A DNA stretch of 64,000 nt from an uncultured Clostridia bacterium (lineage in GTDB: Bacteria > Bacillota > Clostridia > Christensenellales > UBA1242). Under the pieces are notes generated by a model. That model was not told where the DNA came from, searched no databases, and saw only the letters and a program-made list of their open reading frames with translations. This document shows, one piece after another, positions 56,409-64,000 of the stretch. The first letter of the stretch is position 1. Each line of letters begins with the position of its first letter. Made by a program: the position numbers and the translations under genes. The stretch spans positions 90,529 to 154,528 of the forward strand of contig CALVTR010000001.1 in the NCBI GenBank assembly GCA_944362965.1, in the 5' to 3' direction.

Positions 56409-56960
56409 TTATTCATCCAGCTTATTTATCTTGTCCTGTAAATGTTTGCGGCGTTTTTCTTTCCAAGATTGCCTAAATTGAGTAAAATCTATGCGTGGGA
56501 AATTTTTATTTTTTATATCAACAATGACTTGAACTGCAACAAAAACAAAAGCCATAAATAAGAATATTGTTGCAAATAATTGAGTCAACATAAAAGTTGT
56601 TAATTCATTATTTGAAAAAATTTCATTCCAACTTAACGACATTTTGCTTAAGTAAAAAGTAAAGTCATCAATTGTGTATGTTAAAGATAAAATAAAACTT
56701 ATAATAAGAAATATCAAAGATGCAACCTTTAATAATATTAGCCATGAAAAATTTTTATGTTTTGTAAAATAAAAACATATTACACAATACATAATAGTTG
56801 CAAGCAACAAAAACACAAACATAAAAATCAATCGTAATAAATCACTTCCGGTAATACCATATTTTATAAAATAATCCACATGGTATGAAAGTAAACCTAT
56901 AGAAACGATTAAAAACACGCATGTTGTAATTAGAAATGTTTGATTTATATATTTTTTCAT
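56409..56960 (-). CDS. polytopic membrane protein
   Basis: 183 aa with about five hydrophobic helices and a basic C-terminal tail. Confidence 0.55.
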   Translation of the reverse strand: MKKYINQTFLITTCVFLIVSIGLLSYHVDYFIKYGITGSDLLRLIFMFVFLLLATIMYCVICFYFTKHKNFSWLILLKVASLIFLIISFILSLTYTIDDFTFYLSKMSLSWNEIFSNNELTTFMLTQLFATIFLFMAFVFVAVQVIVDIKNKNFPRIDFTQFRQSWKEKRRKHLQDKINKLDE

Positions 56961-57005
56961 AAAACCTCTTATTTTATTTTAATAAATAATTAGTTTATAT
57001 GTCAA

Positions 57006-59696
57006 CTAAATACAAATATTTAAAGAATTGTTGTAAATATGTTTATCTATATTATTTATAATCAATAACGGATTGTTTAGATTATCTAAAAAAACAACGG
57101 ATGCTTGATTACTAAAATCACCGTCTATTTTTATTACTAAACTATTATTTGTTTCTTCAACTGTAACATTGAATGTTTGGTTACTTGCATCTTTAAAACT
57201 GTCATATTCTGTTTTATTTTTAGAGAAACATTTAACTATATAATTAACATTAGAGTTGTTGCCATTTAATATAGAATCTTGTAAAAACTGTTGACAAAAG
57301 ATTATATCTTCATTGTCTAACTGAAACGACAATGTTATATTTAATCTCTCAAGCATGTCTTTATAGTAATTTATATTATTTAAAGCATATATATTTGATA
57401 ACTTTAATGAATCTATAAAACTATCATTGATTTGTGGTATCCCTGCAGCAAATATAAAACTATCAACTAACGTTTGATAAATTTCTTCTGTTACGTTATC
57501 AGTATCTATAGCATCTCCATTAGATGCATTACCATTTGTTAGATATTGAGTTACATCAATATTTGGTAGATTGCATAGAAATATATTCAGCAAACCTATT
57601 TCTCCAAGTGGGTCTGTATATAAAACTGGTATTTGTGCTTGAACACTTCCATATTCATGAACAAACCTTGTAGATGAAGAACTACTAGTATAATTTAATG
57701 TTTTACTATTTCCACAATAAGCATTATTTGGCATAAGTATATTAAAACAAATTGTATTATTTGAGAAAAAAGTGTTTATAGGATACGCAATAGTCCTTTC
57801 ATAATTTTCTATTGTTGCATCATTTTTTGTTAATACACTTTTAATTTCAAATAGAGCAATTTGTGGATTTGCTTGTCCTATTTGAGATTTATCTAAAAGA
57901 CTAGAAAATACAAGTTTTTTGAGATTTATCCCAATATCACTATTTTGCTGATTATTTTCAAAACCAATTTTAATAATTTTATTAAAACTAGTCTTTCTTT
58001 CCTGTATATTTTGATAACTTATAGCTATATTACTTCTTATAGATTTATTGGCTTTAACTGAGTTATTCCTTCTAAAATGATTTTCATTAAGTTGATAAAC
58101 TGCTAATAGTTCAAAGTTAAGATTTTGATAAGAAGAACCTGTAATCATATATCTTTTATCATTTTCCTCATCATAAACCAAGCTACCTATTTCATACATT
58201 TCTTCTGGATGGTAATGCTTTTTTATAATAGTCAAATCACTTTTTCCCATTGACTGTAAATATTTGTGAAGATATTTATAATATTTAAAAGCATCAAGTT
58301 GACTATCTACTTGGTTATAAATAGTTTGATATTCAGTATTCCCTAACTCTAATTTGGGGTTAATAAAAGGTTCAAACTCTATATAATACCAATAAGAATA
58401 ATCTTTACGTCCATCAGTTCCATTAGAAGCATAATAATAATTTTTAATATATAAAAAATCATCCCCTTCTGCATAATGGTATAACTCAGTCATACTTTCC
58501 TTTTCATCATCTGTCAAAACGAGATATTGTTGGTCTTCATAACAAAATTTTTCCAATCCATCACTAATTACAGCACCTACTTTGTATTCATCTGGTAATA
58601 AATTATAATTTTCATATCTTAACCTAATTTTTAATATTTTTATCTTATTTATCTTCTTTATAGGGCATGGAAACTTAATACCCCAACCGCTATCTGGCGT
58701 ATCAGCTGCAGTTGTATCTCTTTGTGTTGAATTAAGTTCAGGTGCTGCCCAAAAGTTTTGAGAAGGAAACGCAAGATTAGAACCCGTCACAAGATTTTCT
58801 ACGTTGCTGACAACGCCTGTGGCGAAGTTTGATAGACTTGATTTATAAGTTACATTTTGTGCGTTTGCGGTGATATCTGATAAGTTAAGAACAGGTTTAT
58901 CAAAACCGTCTTGGCGAAGAAATTTAAGTATATACTCATCTCTGTCTAGGTTGCGAGGCAGGTCAGTTTCTGTGTCCATGTCAAAAAACATGCATGGTGT
59001 TCTTCCTGTGCTTTTGTCATACTTAAACAAAATGGTATACAAATCAGGTTCGGTGAATGAGTCACTGTCAAAAGGTATATTCTTTAAAAAGTCCTTATCA
59101 AGAATTTTTATTCTATTAAACCAAGACTTATTGTTATGCGGATTGTATCCTTCGTCATAGTTATCGCAGTTCGCAGGTGTAACCTTTAAAAAACGCTCTA
59201 GAGCGGTCAAATGATTATAAGGCTCTTTAATATATGTTACAGTGTTTCCTGAGCCATCTGTGACTGTTTTTGACGTCTGATTAGTATAGGCTAAAGTTTC
59301 GCCAACAACAAATCGCATACGTTCTATAGGCTCAAGTAATGACAGTTTAACAAGCCAATATGATTTATCTTTACTCTGAGCCATTTGAAAGTCGCCGATA
59401 ACATATTGACTATGATTTAGTGGCAATCCGTTTTCATCATAGGTCGCCACCATATTGTCACCTTTATGAAAGTGCAATATTCTTGCCCACTGCATGTGTT
59501 TTATATTAGGCTTTGCGGAACTTCGCCACTTAAAGTTTAAGCTTGCATCATCAGTTGTTTCATCTTGAACAAATGTTTCACCAAAGCCAATTTGTGGTGC
59601 AAGCAAACTCGACCACTGCCCTGTATCTCTGTCGAAAAACTGAAATTTGCAAAGCCAGTCTTGTGTATTTTTACCCTCTGTTGTAGACATACTCAT
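57006..59696 (-). CDS. large phage tail structural protein
   Basis: About 896 aa, the largest protein of the module, positioned after the putative tail proteins. The start is taken at MSMSTTEG after GGGGGAGAG. Confidence 0.55.
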   Translation of the reverse strand: MSMSTTEGKNTQDWLCKFQFFDRDTGQWSSLLAPQIGFGETFVQDETTDDASLNFKWRSSAKPNIKHMQWARILHFHKGDNMVATYDENGLPLNHSQYVIGDFQMAQSKDKSYWLVKLSLLEPIERMRFVVGETLAYTNQTSKTVTDGSGNTVTYIKEPYNHLTALERFLKVTPANCDNYDEGYNPHNNKSWFNRIKILDKDFLKNIPFDSDSFTEPDLYTILFKYDKSTGRTPCMFFDMDTETDLPRNLDRDEYILKFLRQDGFDKPVLNLSDITANAQNVTYKSSLSNFATGVVSNVENLVTGSNLAFPSQNFWAAPELNSTQRDTTAADTPDSGWGIKFPCPIKKINKIKILKIRLRYENYNLLPDEYKVGAVISDGLEKFCYEDQQYLVLTDDEKESMTELYHYAEGDDFLYIKNYYYASNGTDGRKDYSYWYYIEFEPFINPKLELGNTEYQTIYNQVDSQLDAFKYYKYLHKYLQSMGKSDLTIIKKHYHPEEMYEIGSLVYDEENDKRYMITGSSYQNLNFELLAVYQLNENHFRRNNSVKANKSIRSNIAISYQNIQERKTSFNKIIKIGFENNQQNSDIGINLKKLVFSSLLDKSQIGQANPQIALFEIKSVLTKNDATIENYERTIAYPINTFFSNNTICFNILMPNNAYCGNSKTLNYTSSSSSTRFVHEYGSVQAQIPVLYTDPLGEIGLLNIFLCNLPNIDVTQYLTNGNASNGDAIDTDNVTEEIYQTLVDSFIFAAGIPQINDSFIDSLKLSNIYALNNINYYKDMLERLNITLSFQLDNEDIIFCQQFLQDSILNGNNSNVNYIVKCFSKNKTEYDSFKDASNQTFNVTVEETNNSLVIKIDGDFSNQASVVFLDNLNNPLLIINNIDKHIYNNSLNICI

Positions 59697-60150
59697 CTCT
59701 CCCCCATTTACCTTTTTGTATCGTGTAACCATATAAGTCTAAACTGCCAGCAAGAACAAGGCTATTATCACGCTCATTTGCTTCCGCAGCTTCCTGTCTA
59801 AGCTCGGCAATTCTATTCTGTATAGCTGAAATTATAGACGTTATGGCTTGAGTTGCTATTCCAAGAATTGCTCCTGTTATTGCTCCTGCCCCAGCACCTG
59901 TGATTATAGCTTTACCTAAGCTTACAACAGGTGACAAATTAAAGCCTATTTGAGATGACACTTGGCTTATCATTTGCCCTGAAAGTTGTCCAATAAGCTT
60001 GCCTGTTGCTTCTTCAAAACCGCTTTTCTTACCTTTGTTTTGCTGACCTATGCTGTTTAGTGAAGTTGTGCCTTCTTGAATGTTTGTCTGTCTTAAAACA
60101 CCATCTTCTGTGTTGTCAACAAAAGAGATAGTATAGTATTTCTGTTGCAT
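59671..60150 (-). CDS. phage protein with a Gly/Ala-rich hydrophobic core
   Basis: 159 aa. The segment GKAIITGAGAGAITGAILGIATQAITSIISAI resembles tape-measure or internal-protein segments, but the protein is far too short for a canonical tape measure. Confidence 0.45.
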   Translation of the reverse strand: MQQKYYTISFVDNTEDGVLRQTNIQEGTTSLNSIGQQNKGKKSGFEEATGKLIGQLSGQMISQVSSQIGFNLSPVVSLGKAIITGAGAGAITGAILGIATQAITSIISAIQNRIAELRQEAAEANERDNSLVLAGSLDLYGYTIQKGKWGRDEYVYNRG

Positions 60151-61068
60151 CTATTCTTCCTTCCTTGTGCATGATATTGTAAACGAGCCAACGTCAGAGT
60201 CACCATAGCTATAAATAAGACTTGCAGACAATACAGCTGCATAACTTACTTGTTCGGTATATTCACCATTCTTTTTCTTGCTAATCCTAAGCCAGAAATC
60301 TTGCTTAGACGTTTCTCCACTTAATGCAAGCTTAGTCAGTAGTTCGTTAAGTTCTTCATCTTCACTAGAGTCGTCAACTGAAAAGACGCAACCCTGTTTG
60401 ACAGCTTCAACTGTTTCTTCAGGTATTATCTCGCCCTGTTCGTGATTTTCAATTGTGGAAGGCTGTGGATTGAAGCTTAAGCTTGTGATGTCCTTTACGG
60501 TCAAATATTCAAGCTCACCTTCGTCATTAAGCCTGCCTATTTCTATTTTATAGTCACGCCCATAATAACCTTTAGTTGTGAAGTTTATTTTCCCTGTGAC
60601 AACTAAAATCTTGCGTTTATAACTGCCACTATTCTCTTGTCCGCCACCTACGGATGTTGGCTCGCTAAAGGTCATTTCACCCTTATAGCCATCACCAAAA
60701 TCAATAGTTGTATTGTTTAATGTTTCTCGTAAGGTTTTTATATCACTATCAACATTGAATTTATCTGGCTTCAACAGTTCGCCGTTTGCATTTACAAGTT
60801 TATAATTTACAGGCACCCACAATGTAAGCGAATAAGTAGAATTTAATGCAGCAAATGAAGTTACTGAATATTGAGCAGTCTGCACCTGCACGACACCTAT
60901 TATCTTATCTTTATGCCTTTCAAATGCATCATAGTTGATAAGTTGAGTATATTGTCCATTTACAGGTATAACGGTTGTGAAATTTCTGTCAAAATAGTCA
61001 TTATCATAGAGTTCATACTGATTGCCAAGTATATTTTTAAATTTATTTATTATAAGTTTTTCTATCAT
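60151..61068 (-). CDS. phage structural protein (candidate major tail protein)
   Basis: 305 aa. Called from position only. Confidence 0.45.
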   Translation of the reverse strand: MIEKLIINKFKNILGNQYELYDNDYFDRNFTTVIPVNGQYTQLINYDAFERHKDKIIGVVQVQTAQYSVTSFAALNSTYSLTLWVPVNYKLVNANGELLKPDKFNVDSDIKTLRETLNNTTIDFGDGYKGEMTFSEPTSVGGGQENSGSYKRKILVVTGKINFTTKGYYGRDYKIEIGRLNDEGELEYLTVKDITSLSFNPQPSTIENHEQGEIIPEETVEAVKQGCVFSVDDSSEDEELNELLTKLALSGETSKQDFWLRISKKKNGEYTEQVSYAAVLSASLIYSYGDSDVGSFTISCTRKEE

Positions 61069-61397
61069 ATCAAAGTGCCTCCAAGTCTAGTTGCAAGCAT
61101 GCTCGCATAAGAATCAAAAAAGTTGTCAAAATAGCCATAGTGTCTATTTGTATAACTTCCCTTTCTACCATTTAAGTTGTAATTTATAGTAGGATACTCG
61201 TTTAAAATAATGCCGTATTGCAAACCTTTATTTCTGCAAAAATCAAAGCCAAGAGAGTTGTCGCCTTGCGGGTTATAAAAATCAGTACTCATGCCTGTAG
61301 TAGCAAGTCTGCCCGTTCGCCAGGGAATGTGTGGAAAAAATGATGATTGATAGTCAACGGCTATATCAAGCAAATTCATTAGGCACTCCACCATCAA
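61065..61397 (-). CDS. phage head-tail joining candidate
   Basis: Small overlapping ORF between the capsid and tail genes. Confidence 0.45.
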   Translation of the reverse strand: MMVECLMNLLDIAVDYQSSFFPHIPWRTGRLATTGMSTDFYNPQGDNSLGFDFCRNKGLQYGIILNEYPTINYNLNGRKGSYTNRHYGYFDNFFDSYASMLATRLGGTLI

Positions 61398-61725
61398 GAT
61401 AAATAGTATAAGCCATAAGTTTGCCTGTGCTAGCGTTTAACACTCTATCAATATCACGTATAGTCATAGTGCAGTTGTCGTCCATGATAATCTGCCCACC
61501 CTTCGTGAAAGGCAAATCTATTTGTGTTGTATAGATAGTTTCTGTAGGCTCTATAAACTCGCCAGGCAAAGCAGAAGTCATGCTCGCATACTTTCTATTA
61601 GCCATACTTGCATACTTAAAAGGCATCTTGTCTAAACGATTATCTCGCAGAACTATAACATATCCACTCAAGTTTTCATTATAAGTCATGCTATTTTTAG
61701 CTGTCACTTGTTTCCAATAATTCAT
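61366..61725 (-). CDS. phage head-tail joining candidate
   Basis: Small overlapping ORF between the capsid and tail genes. Confidence 0.45.
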   Translation of the reverse strand: MNYWKQVTAKNSMTYNENLSGYVIVLRDNRLDKMPFKYASMANRKYASMTSALPGEFIEPTETIYTTQIDLPFTKGGQIIMDDNCTMTIRDIDRVLNASTGKLMAYTIYLDGGVPNEFA

Positions 61726-62141
61726 TTGCCCACCCTTGAGAACTTGCCTGTTTGAACAAATCCTAAAAACGATAAATTACTTTTAAATTCTGGGCACACA
61801 TCATAAGTTTGGTCAGCTCTTTGCATGGTAACTCGTCCATTTTCTAGGTCATATATAATCTGCTTTGCCATTGCAAGTTTGAATAGATATTTCCTAAAAT
61901 TTATATCATCTATGGAGCAAATAATGCTGTTTAACTTATCGGTCGGTAAATATAATCCGTTGAGCACTCTTTCTATAGTTTGTGGAGTTGGTCTTGTAAA
62001 ATGATTTTCATAAATATAGTTGCAGGTTTTGATATAGTAATCTTTAAAAATAGTCTTTTCTTCCTTATCCGTTGTTGGCATTTTATAACCCACTTCATTT
62101 AGCATAAAATTATTGTCTAGCATAGTTGCGTCTTCTAACAT
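61722..62141 (-). CDS. phage head-tail connector candidate
   Basis: 139-aa ORF with an AAGGAG RBS, first gene after the capsid gene. Confidence 0.45.
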   Translation of the reverse strand: MLEDATMLDNNFMLNEVGYKMPTTDKEEKTIFKDYYIKTCNYIYENHFTRPTPQTIERVLNGLYLPTDKLNSIICSIDDINFRKYLFKLAMAKQIIYDLENGRVTMQRADQTYDVCPEFKSNLSFLGFVQTGKFSRVGK

Positions 62142-62189
62142 ACTTTCTCCTTATATAAGAATAAAGGCTCCCACTTTGAGAGCCTTATA

Positions 62190-63146
62190 TTATTCTAAAT
62201 CATCCTCTGGTTCAGTTGGAGTTGCAGCTTTCTTTGTAACAACATAGATACCTTCAATCTTGCCATCTTTACCATTAGGGAATACAAAAGTGTCCCACAT
62301 AGAACGGTTTGCATACCAGTCGCCATCACCTTCAGTATGTTCGCCTGCTTTCTTGATATAGATAGCATTTGTTTTAGGAACAGTTTTAACAACGTCAGTT
62401 GAAGCAAAAACAATAGCAAGTGCTTTTGCATCAGATGCAGCCTCGAAACCATCAGTGTAATCAAATTTAGAGTAGAATCTCTCATCATCAATAACTTCGA
62501 AGAGATAAACTCCGTCAATATTGGTTACGCGGGTTTCAATACCTATTCCGCCGTCTGCAATAGTTGTAAGTTCTACTTTAAGCTTACTCTCTGTTGAAAG
62601 TTCAAGCATATTCATTATTTCGCTTGTCACATAAGCAATAAGAGAGCCTCTTGCTATGTATCTACGAAGTTTGCCTTTAAGCATATAGTTTTTAATAGTT
62701 GAAAGAACATTGTCCTTTGTAAGAGTAGACACATCAAGTTCTTCGGTAAGTGTATTTGTGTTTGCAACGTTATATACTTGTTCAAAGAAACGTGCATCAA
62801 CTTCTGGAGCTTCTTGAGTTGCAGTAAACACCTTTGATACATTATCTATAGATGCAGTTCCATTAGATTCGTCAATGTCTATTCTATCTACAAGGAAAGA
62901 TATGTCACGATCATGTGCGATTGTGTAATCAACGTCAGATTGAGTTACGTTGCCCTTATTCCAACCACCATCTCGTGAGTGTGCTTTGAACCCGCTTGTT
63001 GCAGCTTGTGTAAAGTGGAGTGTTTTAGCTCCTGTCCATTCAACTGAATCTGCATCAGCAATAAATGGACTTGTGATTGTGTTTTGATTTAAGATTTCTA
63101 AAATCTCTGGTTGCCATTTTTCAGCATAATTTATTGTATTTGCCAT
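62190..63146 (-). CDS. phage major capsid protein
   Basis: 318 aa, immediately downstream of the scaffold gene, with a strong RBS. Size and position are typical of a capsid protein. Confidence 0.65.
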   Translation of the reverse strand: MANTINYAEKWQPEILEILNQNTITSPFIADADSVEWTGAKTLHFTQAATSGFKAHSRDGGWNKGNVTQSDVDYTIAHDRDISFLVDRIDIDESNGTASIDNVSKVFTATQEAPEVDARFFEQVYNVANTNTLTEELDVSTLTKDNVLSTIKNYMLKGKLRRYIARGSLIAYVTSEIMNMLELSTESKLKVELTTIADGGIGIETRVTNIDGVYLFEVIDDERFYSKFDYTDGFEAASDAKALAIVFASTDVVKTVPKTNAIYIKKAGEHTEGDGDWYANRSMWDTFVFPNGKDGKIEGIYVVTKKAATPTEPEDDLE

Positions 63147-63161
63147 TTTTATTCTCCTTTA

Positions 63162-63689
63162 TTACTTATTTTTGTTCCAAGCCTTTGAATTGGTGGGCTT
63201 GGCTGACACCTTTGTTGTTGACGTCATAGGCGGATTTTTGCCACGAATTTTATCAGCAACGGCATTTTCAATAGAAGAGCGAAACATTTTTTCAAAGCTA
63301 TCAAGATTTTGTTTTGTAGTTTCTGCGTTGTCTGTAACTAAAAAAGATGCGAACTCTGCAGGCAACTTTCGATTTATAAGTTCCTTTGATGTTTGCATCT
63401 TCATTTTTTCAATTTCAAACGCTTTCTTTTCAGCTTCAAAATCCGCCCTTTCTTTGTCGCGTTCTCTAATTTTTTGAGCCATACGCTCTTTTGTGCGTTC
63501 CGCTTCTGTCATCTTTGCAAGTCTTTCGTATTCGGCTATCGCCTTTTTCTTTTCGGTTGCAATCATTTTGTTAACTTCGTCACGTGTGAATGATTTTTCA
63601 GCCTTTGTTTCAACTTGCTTGTTTTCTTTGTTTTCTTGTGAGTTGATATCAGTCTCAACCCCATTGTCTTGAGTTATTTCCTCTGACAT
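63162..63689 (-). CDS. phage capsid scaffolding protein (DUF4355-like)
   Basis: E/K-rich coiled coil (FTRDEVNKMIATEKKKAIAEYERLAKMTEAERTKER). The start is taken at MSEEITQ after AAGGAGAAAAAC. Confidence 0.7.
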   Translation of the reverse strand: MSEEITQDNGVETDINSQENKENKQVETKAEKSFTRDEVNKMIATEKKKAIAEYERLAKMTEAERTKERMAQKIRERDKERADFEAEKKAFEIEKMKMQTSKELINRKLPAEFASFLVTDNAETTKQNLDSFEKMFRSSIENAVADKIRGKNPPMTSTTKVSAKPTNSKAWNKNK

Positions 63690-63836
63690 GTTTTTCTCCT
63701 TGTGTTTTACGCCCACACGGCAAATTTTGGAAAACGCTCCATAACGAAATAGTTTTACGCCATATTTAGGGCAAAATATATCAAAAAAGAGCAAGCATTA
63801 AACTTACTTTTTTCATTACTTAAAGTTGGTTCTATT

Positions 63837-64000
63837 TTAGTCATGGTGTTTGTGATAATATTCTAGTTTCTCTTCTATAGTCCAAGAATCGTCAAATTCA
63901 AGTAGCATCATAAATTGCCTTTCGGACATTTCTCGCGCCAACTTTTCAAGGTTATTTTTTCTTCTTGATTTTTCTGCTACATATCGAATGAGTCTTTTTT
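63837..64000 (-). CDS. 3' end of a phage gene truncated by the window edge
   Basis: An open minus-strand frame ...LAREMSERQFMMLLEFDDSWTIEEKLEYYHKHHD-stop runs from the window edge. Confidence 0.3.
   Translation of the reverse strand, partial: KRLIRYVAEKSRRKNNLEKLAREMSERQFMMLLEFDDSWTIEEKLEYYHKHHD

Larger units (their letters stand above)
47373..64000 (-). mobile_element. prophage late-gene region, extending beyond the window; left boundary uncertain
   Basis: Co-linear minus-strand module: scaffold, major capsid, small connector proteins, large tail proteins, fibre proteins, then small membrane proteins. tRNA-Val lies about 100 bp from the last co-oriented gene. No integrase falls in the window. 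Confidence 0.75.

Overview
This is a chromosomal segment from a low-GC, endospore-forming Firmicute (Clostridia-like), with almost everything encoded on the minus strand. Left to right it carries rsmE, then a heat-shock operon (hrcA-grpE-dnaK, two extra genes, dnaJ) with a sigmaA promoter and CIRCE. Next come sigG/sigE/spoIIGA, ftsZ/ftsA/ftsQ/murA and a dcw block (murF-ddl-murE ... mraY-murD-ftsW). These are followed by spore genes (spoVG, ypeB, sleB, spoIIR, a SipL-like gene, veg), an orphan VirD4/TraG-type coupling ATPase, recO and tRNA-Val(UAC). From about 47 kb to the window end there is a prophage late-gene module (scaffold, capsid, connectors, tail, fibres). The most unusual content is non-coding and centres on three paralogous surface-protein loci with MSLK(V/L)KL... 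signal peptides; two are BspA-type LRR genes, one of them a rearranged pseudogene. (1) Each locus has the same ~65-bp promoter module with a G7-G8 homopolymer inside the -35/-10 spacer, giving spacers of 16, 16 and 15 nt, which makes it a candidate phase-variable promoter. (2) The leaders fold as near-perfect four-way junctions (outer stem plus three hairpins). The same architecture, built from unrelated sequence, recurs at three more intergenic sites (22.1, 26.0 and 37.7 kb). (3) A 65/90-bp alternating tandem repeat array carries a small hairpin whose stem covaries between copies, with inverted copies about 10.7 kb away. (4) A perfect 68-bp inverted repeat lies inside the LRR pseudogene. Other notable items are a GrpE with a 30-cysteine metallothionein-like N-terminus and a MurF with a membrane-spanning N-terminus. 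An ImmA-peptidase/membrane-protein cassette with its own promoter sits inside the phage tail module, and a phage tail protein uses the same LRR type as the host surface proteins. All functional calls come from reading motifs by eye; no searches were run.
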